From the IMG/VR virus record IMGVR_UViG_3300042317_001568, positions 124,001 to 188,000 of that record: a DNA stretch of 64,000 nt; one strand, 5' to 3'. Below are positions 34,090 to 44,667 of the stretch, piece by piece; the first letter of the stretch is position 1, and every line of letters begins with the position of its first letter. Position numbers and translations under genes: made by a program. A model generated the notes under the pieces. That model had not been told where the DNA came from. It worked only from the letters and a program-made list of their open reading frames with translations, and searched no databases.

Positions 34090-34804
34090 TGCTGAAATTC
34101 TAAAACCAGACTGGCACACCCGGCTTACTGACAAACAACTGATGGCGTACATTCGCTATCAGTTTATTCGTTTAAAAGAGCACGTTATTGATCTTGATTC
34201 CCCGGCACACACGCACCGGCGCCCGAACTGGGACGGCGGCGAAAATAGCGCGGGTGTCACCTACAAGGCTTTGTGGCCAAAAGCCATGAACGCCATTAAG
34301 GAACGAGAAGCGCATCCCGGCGTTTGGGTGACGGCGCGGTTCTCGCCAATTGCGCTATCGTTTGATTTGTCGAACCGCATGTCAGCCCCGCCGATTAAAC
34401 CGTCGTCGCTAGCCGACCACAATGCCGCGACAATTTACGCTGAATACTGCAAGCGGTTTACCGGGTCATTTACGTTTAATTTGAACATTGCGTTGAAGGT
34501 TGTGGCGTCGCGTTTGCGTGAGCTAGCGGCGCACCCAATGCCGGAAAACGCCCGGGTATTTTATGTTCTTTGTGACGAGGCGCATCTTTCAACGCCGGCA
34601 TTTTTCCGGCACGGCATGGCCTCCGCCGCCGAGTGCGATAAAGCGGCGCTCAAGTACCTGTGGCGCGCCGCAGTCGACTACGAGGCGCAGCAGCCGCTTT
34701 ACGACGCCGCCTGCGCCGCGCAATCTGTTTCAGATTTTATTACTCCCGAATTGCAGCAGTATGTGATTAATATCCGCAAACATTGGATGACTTACAATGA
34801 CTAA
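34004..34804 (+). CDS. hypothetical protein in the replication module (probable start near 34079)
   Basis: lies between the two helicases and overlaps both. Confidence 0.65.
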   Translation: MIATNYLDGSRIGMMLKETGAISPTMSRDAEILKPDWHTRLTDKQLMAYIRYQFIRLKEHVIDLDSPAHTHRRPNWDGGENSAGVTYKALWPKAMNAIKEREAHPGVWVTARFSPIALSFDLSNRMSAPPIKPSSLADHNAATIYAEYCKRFTGSFTFNLNIALKVVASRLRELAAHPMPENARVFYVLCDEAHLSTPAFFRHGMASAAECDKAALKYLWRAAVDYEAQQPLYDAACAAQSVSDFITPELQQYVINIRKHWMTYND

Positions 34805-36488
34805 GAATCAGTTAGAAGATGGCCCACTAAAGGCCCGTGACATCGACGTCGAGTACCCAATTACCGTTACTGACGTGCGGTTGTTGGTGAAAACGTTGCT
34901 GCGGTATCAGCAGATGCTGCAAAGCGCTATCTCTGCCGGATTGAATTTCAATCAGTTTAATGGCCCGGACGAAGCGCCTTACGGTTACGTTATGCACGCC
35001 GCCGGCGCGCTTGTTAAGGAACATAACGCCGTAACAGAGGAAATGCTGAAAGCCGAACTTCAGGCTTGGTATTCTGGCGGGGCTATGGCGATAGCGCCGC
35101 AGCAGTTTGAAGAGTTGCTTGGCACTGAAGGGAATCCCGGATTTCTGAGCGAGGCTTTTGCCGCACCCGAGACAGACAACAAGCGCGTTACCGCGGAGAA
35201 AGATTATGCGCAAAAGCTGCTGTACAAGTTTCTAAAAGCGCGCATGCTGACAGCAGACTTGTCGGAAATGCTTCAGGCGTCGTCGGCTGACACGTCGCCG
35301 CAACGGTTTGAAGAGCTGCTCGGTAAGTCGTATCGCAAAGCGCAGTCAATCCGATTCATCGGCACGGAACTTGACGATGAAAATGATTTCATGCCAGAGT
35401 TCGGCTCAGAAACGAATTACGCGCCCGTAGTCGCCGAGCCAACCGGTATACCGTGGATTGACCAGTACATCGGCGGATTTTGCGCCGGAGACGTAATCGG
35501 TCTTCTTGGCCCTACTGGCGGCGGCAAGAGCAACATGATGATCTCGGCTGCGGTAAGAATGGCGCAATATTATGCGGCAAACAACCTGAACAAGTTGTCT
35601 GTCTACGTGTGCTATGAAGACGGCAATTACCGCATGAAACCGTTGTTCTGGTCCGCCGCGACGCGCATTAGCCGCGAGACCTTTGCAAACGCTGATTTCA
35701 ACTGGGCAAATATGTCTACAAGCGAGATGCCCAACGACGCTGACCGCCGTCTCCCCGAAAATCAAAATGGTGAGTTTATTCTCGGCGAGCGGGAGCGATA
35801 TATTGCCGCGCAGTCTTGGATGAAGAAGCACTTCAAGTTTTTGGACTTTTCTTACAACGTTGCTACTGGCGGCCGCGGCCTTGGCGGGCTGCAGGAAATC
35901 GTATCAGTGGTTGAGCAGATTTGTGAGAAGCGTGGAATGTCGTTGGGTTTTATCGCCATTGATTATGCGGGCATACTTATTGAGCGTTACCTTGCAGCGA
36001 CGGGGCGTTTAAAATCTACAGGCCCTGACGGCGTATATCTTCCGCTAAAAACGTTTGGTGACGAAGTGCGGTATAGTCTGTCTGCTCCGTACGGGGCTGT
36101 AGCTATGGTCGCGCATCAGATTGCTGGCGCCGCCGCAAACGCAAAGCCCTTTTATCGGTATCTTACGCACTGGGACGTACAGCACTGCAAGTCGTTCGCT
36201 GAGAATATGCAGGCTTGCATTTGCATAAATTCTGCGGACCCTGACACGCAAGCGCGGCTTATTAATTACTCAAAAATTCGATACGGCGCGCCCGGGATGC
36301 AGCACGGCATTATCAAGATCAAGAGCGAGTACTGCAGTATTGACCTTGTGTCTGACTTTTATCAGGTCGATGAGTTTTCGAAGAAGATCGTTCCTAAAAA
36401 TGAGCTTTCTTCAGCCGCCGGTCGACCAGCACGAACCCGGCCGTCTTCTGGAATGGTTCCCGGAGATAACTTTAGCAACATGTTGTAG
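34797..36488 (+). CDS. DnaB-like replicative helicase
   Basis: PTGIPWID, GPTGGGKS, IAIDYAG, AHQ, KIRYG. Confidence 0.82.
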   Translation: MTKNQLEDGPLKARDIDVEYPITVTDVRLLVKTLLRYQQMLQSAISAGLNFNQFNGPDEAPYGYVMHAAGALVKEHNAVTEEMLKAELQAWYSGGAMAIAPQQFEELLGTEGNPGFLSEAFAAPETDNKRVTAEKDYAQKLLYKFLKARMLTADLSEMLQASSADTSPQRFEELLGKSYRKAQSIRFIGTELDDENDFMPEFGSETNYAPVVAEPTGIPWIDQYIGGFCAGDVIGLLGPTGGGKSNMMISAAVRMAQYYAANNLNKLSVYVCYEDGNYRMKPLFWSAATRISRETFANADFNWANMSTSEMPNDADRRLPENQNGEFILGERERYIAAQSWMKKHFKFLDFSYNVATGGRGLGGLQEIVSVVEQICEKRGMSLGFIAIDYAGILIERYLAATGRLKSTGPDGVYLPLKTFGDEVRYSLSAPYGAVAMVAHQIAGAAANAKPFYRYLTHWDVQHCKSFAENMQACICINSADPDTQARLINYSKIRYGAPGMQHGIIKIKSEYCSIDLVSDFYQVDEFSKKIVPKNELSSAAGRPARTRPSSGMVPGDNFSNML

Positions 36489-37573
36489 TGAGAGGAATGG
36501 GCGCAACAGTGGACGCGGGAATAAAACCCCTGAACCCAACACTTTACGCGCTGCTGGAACACAAATTCAGCGGGAGCGTAAAGATCGCAAATCCCGGCGT
36601 GGCGGCAGCCATCGAGCGTTATCGTGATCCAGTGCACCCCGGCAGGTACGTAACCCGTAGTTCACACTGGGGCGAGTACTACTGCGTATGCTGCCCGTTT
36701 TGCAACGACGTTGGACACAAGCTCTGGATCAATCATCGCTACGGTGCAGACGTCGACCCCGAAACGGGACGACGCTCGGACACGTTTTTGGCCGTGTGCT
36801 ATAAAAACAATTGTATCCGTACGCGGTATCAGCAGTTTGAAGATTTAGTTTTTGGTCCCGGCAAAAAACTACCAGTGCGTATGGGTATCGCCACCGGCAT
36901 CAAACCCGAAAACGCTGAATCTATTTCTCCGCCGGGCGAGATTGTTTCCTTGGTTGATCTTCCGGACTATCATCCGGCAAACGAGTATCTACGGTCCCGA
37001 AATTTTGATCCCGCTGTTCTCGCCGAAAAATTCGGCGTCGGCGTTTGCGTAAACCCCGTGCCGGCTTACGGCATCATGCGCGGCCGAATCTACATTCCTG
37101 TGTATTCCAGCGGGCAGCTTGTTGGTTGGCAGGGACGGATCGTGACACCCCCCGACGGCAAACCGAAGTATTACACGCAAGGCAGCAAAAGCCGCGCGCT
37201 TTACAACTATGCGCAAGCGGCTCGTCAGCCGTACGTCGTTGTTGTCGAAGGCGTGCCGAGCGTGTGGCGCATTGGCGACCCTGCCGTCGCCATTTTTGGA
37301 AAAACGTTGTCGCAATGGCAGCAAAACACGATCGGCACGGCGTGGACTGGAAAACCTGTTTTTGTCGTGATAGATTTCGGCGAAGACGAGGGGCGTGCGC
37401 TTGAGCAGATTGCCATGCAGCTGTACCGGTATCCCATCCAGTTGGTTCCAGTGCAGATGCCAGACGCCCGCGACCCGGCTGATTATTCTTTGCCGGATTT
37501 TTACGAGTTGCTCCACGAGGCGGCAGCAGACATAGGCGTAGATTCATCAGTATTAAACACGAGAAACCAATGA
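36488..37573 (+). CDS. DNA primase (zinc finger plus TOPRIM)
   Basis: CPFC.D..H, YLRSR, GRIYIP, GWQGR, KYY, VVVEG, DPAD. Confidence 0.88.
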   Translation: MRGMGATVDAGIKPLNPTLYALLEHKFSGSVKIANPGVAAAIERYRDPVHPGRYVTRSSHWGEYYCVCCPFCNDVGHKLWINHRYGADVDPETGRRSDTFLAVCYKNNCIRTRYQQFEDLVFGPGKKLPVRMGIATGIKPENAESISPPGEIVSLVDLPDYHPANEYLRSRNFDPAVLAEKFGVGVCVNPVPAYGIMRGRIYIPVYSSGQLVGWQGRIVTPPDGKPKYYTQGSKSRALYNYAQAARQPYVVVVEGVPSVWRIGDPAVAIFGKTLSQWQQNTIGTAWTGKPVFVVIDFGEDEGRALEQIAMQLYRYPIQLVPVQMPDARDPADYSLPDFYELLHEAAADIGVDSSVLNTRNQ

Positions 37574-40500
37574 GTGTAGTGTCTTTAAATCAGCGTCATA
37601 CACGCTCTCTTTATGACCCTAAAAGCGCTAAGCTAACAGCAGCGCTTTTTCCGTTTTTGCCGCTCGACGCTCCGGGCATGCCGTCCGCAGGCCCGAACTT
37701 TATCGCGCATGCCAATATCTTGGGCGACACGATCGATCCGGCAAAAACGAAAAAACAAATCCCGATCGGCGAGAAGCTGACAAACTTGTACAGAGACGCG
37801 CTGTACAACCCGCAGTTCTTTCTGCCTGTCGCTCACAAGAATGAGTTGACGGCGGTGCCGTTTCTTCCGGGACACATTCTCGGTCAAGTCGCGGACGAAA
37901 AGTTTAAATCGCTTCACGCGACTGATGACGAGTTTGGCCCTCGCCCCGCTCGCGTCATGATCGTAGGAAAGTCCCCCGGGCAGACAGAGATTCAATACCG
38001 CAACTCTTTTGGCGGTTCTGGCATGCGGCCTATGCAGCACGCTATGCAGGAGTGCGGCTTTTTGCCGGACGAGTATTTGTCGTGGTACGTAACCTTCGCC
38101 TGCAAATTTATGTCGCCGGACGCAGAGCTGACGGCTCTCCCGGCCGCGTGGCTGAAGGACTGCGCGCTGCTGCTAGAGCAAGAAATACGGCTTGTACAGC
38201 CAGACTATATTCTCTGCCTTGGCGCGGAGGCTACAAAGGCCGTGCTGCAGACAACCGGGAGCGTCACGAATCTTCTTGGCCGCGCTATAACGCGTAAGTC
38301 AAAAGATGCGGAAGGAAACGACCGCGAGATTCTTGTTGTCCCTGCCGTCAACCCGGGTTTTGTAGCGCGTAAGCCTGACGCTTACGAAGACTTTGTCGGC
38401 CAGATTCAGCGGTTTTACGACTTGGTTCACAACAAGCAGTCTGTTGAAGAAACAGTCGACCACGCCGAGATTTACACGGAAGAGACTTTACGTGAAATGG
38501 TCGATGAGATGATTGCCGACACGACGCTGAACGCGAACATCATCGCCATCGACTGCGAGTGGCACGGCGAGTTCCCCACGGAAGATGGCGCTTACTTGCG
38601 CACCATTCAGGTCTCTAACAAGGACAAGTGGGCGCGCACGATTGTCTTGCGGCATCAAGGCGGTGGAATTGCTTTTCAGCCAAATCTCGACGTAATTCGC
38701 GAACAGTTGAATCGGCTACTGAAGAGCACGCCTGATCGGCATGTCCGAGTTGGCGGGCATTTCTTTCGTGCTGACTTGCCGTGGCTTGTCCACTTCGGCG
38801 TCGATGTACGCGAGGAGTACGGTCCGGTTGATAACTCAGACGATAGAACTCGCGGGGGTTGGGACACGAGTCTGATGTATCACGCTGTAAACGAGACGGC
38901 GCGGTATGGGTTAGACGCGTGCTCCATGCGGTTTACTTCTGCGCCTATTTACTGGGAAGAATTGGACAACTGGAACAAGAAGCGAAAAAAGAATGGCGAC
39001 GCAGACGGCGGTTACGGTAATTGCCCGGGCCACATTTTGCATCCGTACGCCTCGTACGACGCCGACGTCACGCGACGGATTATGTTGCGTTTTTACGGCA
39101 CCAACGGCCGAGACGGCTTGTTAGCCAGCGACGCAAACGGCGTTGACTGCTGGTTACCGTACTGGACCGCGCATATCGCGTCGCTGGCGTTTCTGGAAAT
39201 GGAAATGACCGGTCTCGTAATTGACCGCGACCGCGCTGACGAGCTGACAACCGTGTTTATGAATACGCAAGACCAGCTTTTGGACGAAATTAGGGCGGAA
39301 CTGAACTGGCCTGAATTCAATCCAAAATCGCAGCCGCAACTATCTGTCGCGTTGTTCGGCGCCGACTTTGGCGCGCGGTATGTCAACCCACCCGAGCCGC
39401 CGGCAGACGCTTCGTTATTGAGCCTGACGCCAGTCAAGACAACCGGCAAACGCCCGACCTTGTGGGCGGAACTAGGCATGCGCGGCCTTGACGCAGCTAC
39501 TGCGGTGCCCAGCACCGATAAAGAAAGTCTGGGTATTCTTGGGCATCAAAACGCCACAGCTGCCAAGATTCGCGATTACAAGTTTGTGAGTCAGGTCCTG
39601 CAGTCTGTTTTACGTAAACCAGCAAAAGACGACACCGGAGAATACGAAGCCGATGAAAACGGAAATTTCGTCTATGAGAAGGGGCTGGTGGGCTGCGTTC
39701 ATTCCGACGGCCGTGTTCGCACACACTTTTTTCAGACGAAAGAAACCGGCCGCGCGTCAAGCTCTCGACCGCCTTTGCAAAACCTCAGCTCCCGCCGCGA
39801 GGACGACTATCGACGTATCCTCGGCGCATCTTATCACCACCCAGTCCGGTCAGTCCTGCGGGTGCCAGAAGGGTACGTCGGGCTTGAAACGGACCTCACT
39901 GGTGCGGAACTGGCGGTCCTCGCGTGGTTGTCGCAAGATAAAAACATGATCGAACATGTTCGGCGTAATCTTCTCCCAGAGAGTCACACCGACCATTACG
40001 ACATCCACTCGCGACAGGCGTGCAAGGCGTTTAATCTCCACAACATCGAACCTACAAAAACTGGCCTCGTAAAGGCCGGGAAAAAGGGTTTGCGTGTTGC
40101 CGCTAAAAACGTGAATTTCGGTATCCCATATGGCCGCGGGGCAGAAGCTATCGCGCGGCAATGCAAAGAAGAGGGTGTCGAGGTTACGCCAGCCGAGTGT
40201 CAGGCGATGATCGACGCGTACTTTGACTCGTATCCCGGCACAGCTGATTTTTTAGCGGAGTGCCGCGCACGGTCTCAAAACCCCGGTTGGCTCGTTGGCC
40301 CATACGGCCGCTTGCGGCGCTTTTCATCTGCCGAGTTCAATCGTTCTTCTAACAGCAAGGGTACAAAAGCATACGCCGTTGTTGGAGAACAGGAACGGCA
40401 AGCGCAGAACTTCCCGATTCAAGGCGGCGTGGCTGATGCGGTGTCAATGGCATTGGCGAACTTTTACGAGTATCGCACAAACCACTCTGACATTGATTAC

Positions 40501-40764
40501 AAGATCGCGCTCCAGATTCACGACGCGATTGTTTTGTTGGTTCCCATTGAACACTCTGAACGCGTGTATAAGGAGGTTATTCCTAAATGCATGATTGATG
40601 ATGTGCCGTTTTGGCCTCGCCGATTAGATGGCAGTTCCATCCTTGTTCCCGAGCCGTATCGGTTCGGCTGCTCCCGAGACGTCTTTGTGCACTGGGGCGA
40701 GAACATAACCCCCGAGCAAATCAGGGCTTACGGCATGGACTGGCTTTTTGATTGCAAGGACTAG
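37570..40764 (+). CDS. polA: family A DNA polymerase with N-terminal uracil-DNA-glycosylase-like domain and 3'-5' exonuclease
   Basis: UDG-like VMIVGKSPG / EIRLVQPDYILCLG; exonuclease IDCE, YASYD; TGRASS.PPLQN, DLTGAEL, KNVNFGIPYG, QIHD. Confidence 0.93.
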   Translation: MSVVSLNQRHTRSLYDPKSAKLTAALFPFLPLDAPGMPSAGPNFIAHANILGDTIDPAKTKKQIPIGEKLTNLYRDALYNPQFFLPVAHKNELTAVPFLPGHILGQVADEKFKSLHATDDEFGPRPARVMIVGKSPGQTEIQYRNSFGGSGMRPMQHAMQECGFLPDEYLSWYVTFACKFMSPDAELTALPAAWLKDCALLLEQEIRLVQPDYILCLGAEATKAVLQTTGSVTNLLGRAITRKSKDAEGNDREILVVPAVNPGFVARKPDAYEDFVGQIQRFYDLVHNKQSVEETVDHAEIYTEETLREMVDEMIADTTLNANIIAIDCEWHGEFPTEDGAYLRTIQVSNKDKWARTIVLRHQGGGIAFQPNLDVIREQLNRLLKSTPDRHVRVGGHFFRADLPWLVHFGVDVREEYGPVDNSDDRTRGGWDTSLMYHAVNETARYGLDACSMRFTSAPIYWEELDNWNKKRKKNGDADGGYGNCPGHILHPYASYDADVTRRIMLRFYGTNGRDGLLASDANGVDCWLPYWTAHIASLAFLEMEMTGLVIDRDRADELTTVFMNTQDQLLDEIRAELNWPEFNPKSQPQLSVALFGADFGARYVNPPEPPADASLLSLTPVKTTGKRPTLWAELGMRGLDAATAVPSTDKESLGILGHQNATAAKIRDYKFVSQVLQSVLRKPAKDDTGEYEADENGNFVYEKGLVGCVHSDGRVRTHFFQTKETGRASSSRPPLQNLSSRREDDYRRILGASYHHPVRSVLRVPEGYVGLETDLTGAELAVLAWLSQDKNMIEHVRRNLLPESHTDHYDIHSRQACKAFNLHNIEPTKTGLVKAGKKGLRVAAKNVNFGIPYGRGAEAIARQCKEEGVEVTPAECQAMIDAYFDSYPGTADFLAECRARSQNPGWLVGPYGRLRRFSSAEFNRSSNSKGTKAYAVVGEQERQAQNFPIQGGVADAVSMALANFYEYRTNHSDIDYKIALQIHDAIVLLVPIEHSERVYKEVIPKCMIDDVPFWPRRLDGSSILVPEPYRFGCSRDVFVHWGENITPEQIRAYGMDWLFDCKD

Positions 40765-40789
40765 ACATCTTCGGCGGCCGAGGTATAAT
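40762..40789 (+). promoter_or_regulatory. sigma70-like promoter
   Basis: TAGACA-16 nt-TATAAT upstream of the 40866 gene. Confidence 0.6.
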
Positions 40790-40865
40790 GCGGCTACCGT
40801 TGAAAGCAGGTACAACGCCCTGCACTTTTTGATTCCTAACTACTTAACAAAGAAAGAGCATAACA

Positions 40866-42242
40866 ATGCCTCGTTATCCCGGTCAGAATCTTGCTTCCGT
40901 TAACCCTGAATACCGAAAAGAACACAAGATTGATGACGGCTCAGGTAAGACAAGCCGCTACACTTTCGGTAAAAACGTAGTCATCGCCGCCGGTGACAAA
41001 ATTCTTTCTGGCGGTTTCTGCATGCGCCTGCTCCCACTTGTGGATCAGGCCGGCTCTGCGCGGGCAAACAAGCCCGAATTTATCTCGTTCCGCGAAGGTC
41101 GCGATCAGGCGGCCATCGGCGACTGGTGCCGGATTATGACGGTCGCGTACTGGGTTGGTAACCCGGGCGTGTGCTTCATTATTCATGACGGCAACCCGGA
41201 ATTGGACATCAAGCAGAGTCCGTATTTTCTGCTGCGTGACGCCGCCCGCGCTAACACAGAAACTCCGGGCATTGGCCGGCTGTTTGCTGAGTTGACGCAA
41301 AATCGCGTGATGAACTCGCATATCGGTTCGCTCTCGCAACCCGAGAAGATGCTGTTCGTTTCCGCGACGGCCGTGTATGTAGACGAGCGCGGGCAGGTAA
41401 CTCTGGGCGCTTTCAGCGAAGACCCAAAGCGCAATGCGCGGGTCATCGGTCTGAAGTACAGCGCTACTCAGAGTCTGTATTCTGTGCTCAACGCCCGCGA
41501 CCCGCAGACGGGTGAGTTTTACGTAAACGATATGTTGTCGTTTGGTCCGTCGCAACTTCTGTCGATTGTGCCTGAATCGTTTCAGGCAGGTCCGCAAAAG
41601 CAGATCGGCGTCGGCGAACACGGCCCGGATGTGTTTCACTGCCCGGCGTATGCCCGCAACAACGACCCGAACGCCAAGTTTGTGATCGGTCGTCCGGGAA
41701 AGCCGAGCTCGTATACGCACTACTGCATCGTGCACGACACGTTCCGCGGTCAGCCGATTTCGCTCGAAGCGTACGAAGATCGCATTACCAGCGAGAATCG
41801 TACGATGGACGACATGCTGTACGTGCCGAGCTACGAAGAGCAGGCCGAGCTGCTGTCGCGAGCGTTCCCGCAGGAAGTGCTTGAATTTGCGTGGCAGGAT
41901 TATCCTGAGTATCGCAAGCATCTCCGCGGACGGACGACGACTGTTGAGACATCGCCGCAGCGCACTCCGACTCCGGCAGCTGATTCTAGCTGGATGGATC
42001 GCGCTGCTCCGACCGCAGTTGCCAAGGCTGCTCCGAAGCCAGCGGCTAATTACGATGATGTCCCGTTCGACGGCGAGATTTCCGAAGAGGATACCGCCAG
42101 CGTCGTGGACATGTTCTCCGAAGCGCCGCTCCCAGCCGGCGCGTCCGTTCCGCCTCCTCCGCCGCCCCGCGCTACTCCGGCCCGCTCTACGCCGGCTGAA
42201 ATCATGAGTCGCGTGCGTAAGTCGTCGCGTAAGGACGGCTGA
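40866..42242 (+). CDS. putative single-stranded DNA-binding or recombination protein
   Basis: position between polA and recA; RLLP motif; low-complexity tail with YDDVPF. Confidence 0.45.
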   Translation: MPRYPGQNLASVNPEYRKEHKIDDGSGKTSRYTFGKNVVIAAGDKILSGGFCMRLLPLVDQAGSARANKPEFISFREGRDQAAIGDWCRIMTVAYWVGNPGVCFIIHDGNPELDIKQSPYFLLRDAARANTETPGIGRLFAELTQNRVMNSHIGSLSQPEKMLFVSATAVYVDERGQVTLGAFSEDPKRNARVIGLKYSATQSLYSVLNARDPQTGEFYVNDMLSFGPSQLLSIVPESFQAGPQKQIGVGEHGPDVFHCPAYARNNDPNAKFVIGRPGKPSSYTHYCIVHDTFRGQPISLEAYEDRITSENRTMDDMLYVPSYEEQAELLSRAFPQEVLEFAWQDYPEYRKHLRGRTTTVETSPQRTPTPAADSSWMDRAAPTAVAKAAPKPAANYDDVPFDGEISEEDTASVVDMFSEAPLPAGASVPPPPPPRATPARSTPAEIMSRVRKSSRKDG

Positions 42243-42251
42243 GTTCAACGG

Positions 42252-42310
42252 TAAAGTCCGCATTTGGCGTGACACATATGAATGTGCACGCCATTTGCGG
42301 TGCTTTATTT
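42252..42310 (+). terminator. intergenic hairpin, possible terminator or processing site
   Basis: CCGCA..TGGCGTG.CACAT / ATGTG.CACGCCA..TGCGG, then CTTTATTT. Confidence 0.45.
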
Positions 42311-42363
42311 CTGGAGGTTTTCATGTCTGCAGATCGCTTACAAATTAACAATAGGACACGCAC

Positions 42364-43740
42364 ATGGCCCGCAAGAAAAAAGTAGATGCTCGTGACGTCG
42401 GTCTGCCTCACAGCTACGACGGCGAGCATCCAGTAATCACAGAAATCCTGAAGGCCACCGCGGAGGATCAGGACCCGCTTATTGGGTTACCGCTCCCGAC
42501 GTTGGCCGCGCGGTACTTGTTGCAATCAAACATCTTCCCGCTGTCTCGGTTTACGCAACTCCGAGGCGAATTCAGCGCCGGCAAGTCTGCGCTGTTAACC
42601 GAGATCATGCGGTGGTTTCATGTTTATGGCGGCGGCGGAATCCTTATCGACACTGAGAACAAGGGTTCCCCGACAATGCTGGCCGGCATGTTCGGCCACA
42701 ATCAGCAGTACATGGCCCGCACGAAAGTCACGACCGCGGCCAGTGTCGAAGAGTGGCAGAGCAAGTACATGGGTTTCTGCAAAGCTGTGCATGCGCAAAT
42801 CGATGCCGCTGGAGCGCCAGAACGCGTAATCCCTATCTGCATTGGTGTTGACTCTATTTCTGCCGTCGAGGTCGACCGCCGTGTAGAGAAGGTTGCCGAG
42901 GAGGGACATGCTGCCGCCGGTCACCCGTATCTGGCCCGAAACCTCTCTGACTTTATGCGGACCGCTTTAGTGCCGACATTGCGGCACTATCCAATCGCGT
43001 TTGTGGCGACAAATCATCTCAAGGAGGAAATTAACTCTATGGGATTCGGCCCGCCAAAGAAGTATGCTCCCGGCGGCGCTAGCCTCGACTATTACCCGAC
43101 CCTGATTATCGACATGTCGCGCGTCAGTCGAAACAATATTCAAGTCGGCCGCGCAGAAGGGCAGGCGGTCCGATTGATAGCGACCAAGAATAACCTTGGT
43201 GCTCCCGGTCGCCGATTAGTTGTAAATCTTATGTGGTACAACGACATCGTAACCGGCAAAGACGCTAACGGAAACGAAACGTATCGCAATCAGCAGTATC
43301 ACTATTGGGACTGGCACACGGCCACGACGCGGTTACTCATCGAGTTGCAGGATGCCACTAAAAAGCTTCCGCCCGGCATGGACCCGAAACTTCCCGGGCT
43401 GATCAAGCAGGTCTGCGATATCGAGTATAAGCACGGCACGAAGAATGCCGATGTGCCGTTGGTGTTCTCTTCGGCTATGGGCATCACGAAGCAGGAAGCG
43501 GTGTCTGAAGTCGAGTTTTCAATGGCGCTTGAAGAAAACAAAAAGGTGCTGGGTGTTCTAAATGGTTTACTCGGGGTCAACGAGTACATCATCTGCGACC
43601 CGGCACGAAAGTATCGCGAACAGATTATGGAACAGCTGCGTGAAAAGCAGATGACGGACGTTCCTGAACTTATGGCCGCTTCTAGCATGGCCGCAAGCAT
43701 GTTACCCGAAGACTTTGATCCCCTAGGACAGGTGGAGTAA
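42364..43740 (+). CDS. recA: RecA/UvsX-like recombinase
   Basis: GEFSAGKS, IDTE, VDSISA, TNHLK, PGG.SL.YY, KNNLGAP. Confidence 0.85.
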   Translation: MARKKKVDARDVGLPHSYDGEHPVITEILKATAEDQDPLIGLPLPTLAARYLLQSNIFPLSRFTQLRGEFSAGKSALLTEIMRWFHVYGGGGILIDTENKGSPTMLAGMFGHNQQYMARTKVTTAASVEEWQSKYMGFCKAVHAQIDAAGAPERVIPICIGVDSISAVEVDRRVEKVAEEGHAAAGHPYLARNLSDFMRTALVPTLRHYPIAFVATNHLKEEINSMGFGPPKKYAPGGASLDYYPTLIIDMSRVSRNNIQVGRAEGQAVRLIATKNNLGAPGRRLVVNLMWYNDIVTGKDANGNETYRNQQYHYWDWHTATTRLLIELQDATKKLPPGMDPKLPGLIKQVCDIEYKHGTKNADVPLVFSSAMGITKQEAVSEVEFSMALEENKKVLGVLNGLLGVNEYIICDPARKYREQIMEQLREKQMTDVPELMAASSMAASMLPEDFDPLGQVE

Positions 43741-44052
43741 ATGGCTGTTTTACAAGTTGAATGTTTCGGTGGCCCGATCGATGGACAGACGATGCCGATT
43801 CCGGATGAAGCTGAGCTCGCGTGCGGTGTGGCGGTAGACAAAGAAACCGGCGAACCGCATTTCTATGTGCTGGCAAAAAAGTGGAGCTTCGAAAAGCTTG
43901 GTGAAAATTGCGTGTTTGAGTATTTTGGCAACAATCCCGAGCGGGTCGTTGCGCGGCTGCGGGACATGAACTCGCCGCTCGCCGACCAGATTGAAGCAGA
44001 TTTGTATGGCCGCAGCGATGACGGCCCGGAGTTTGAAAACGACGATGACTGA
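43741..44052 (+). CDS. hypothetical protein (FGGPxDG motif)
   Basis: GGAG SD; coupled to recA. Confidence 0.65.
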   Translation: MAVLQVECFGGPIDGQTMPIPDEAELACGVAVDKETGEPHFYVLAKKWSFEKLGENCVFEYFGNNPERVVARLRDMNSPLADQIEADLYGRSDDGPEFENDDD

Positions 44053-44659
44053 CGGCGACAATCGCGATAGTTTTTTCAACGAGCTATTCGACGACAATAG
44101 TCGACAAGCTGGCGCTAATCGGGAGCAGCGCCAAATATCGTATGAGTCTCGGTTGGTCCGCCGAGTGTTTAGCGAATGCCGCGTGCCGCGTGTGAGCATG
44201 GGGCAACTTGTTAATCACTGCAAAGGCGCTACCGGCAACCACGAGCTCACGTTTGAGTGGTTTAATTTTACGTTTCCTGAATTCCCAGCACGCCTTATGG
44301 GTCGGCGAATCGGATACTGCGCTCGGCGTAAACAAGCAGACGGAACGTCGGTACCGTTGTCGTTATATCAGTTACAGTTCGCCGATATTTTCCGACCAAA
44401 AAACAATCTTGTTCTGCGGTCAGTATCCCGGGCATTAGCTGATTACGAACAGGAACTCACCGACCCCTACGTGTTTATTTTTCCTATAGTGCGCAAAATG
44501 TTTTGTGCGCACAATTTGGAGTTGCCCGGCAATCCCGGTATTGACGAACCGCGAATTCAGTGGATAATGCAAGCCCAGTCGGGCGTACGGATGACCATTG
44601 AACCGACGACGTCATTGTTTGCCGCCGTTGGGCCGGATTGGTTTCAACCGCCAGAATAG
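44046..44659 (+). CDS. hypothetical protein
   Basis: in-frame ATG overlapping the upstream gene end. Confidence 0.6.
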
Positions 44660-44667
44660 CGGCACCA

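Noticed and set aside
40941-42275. 444-aa minus-strand ORF
   Set aside because: Antisense shadow of the strongly codon-biased + strand gene 40866-42242; no motifs, and the whole window is coded on +.
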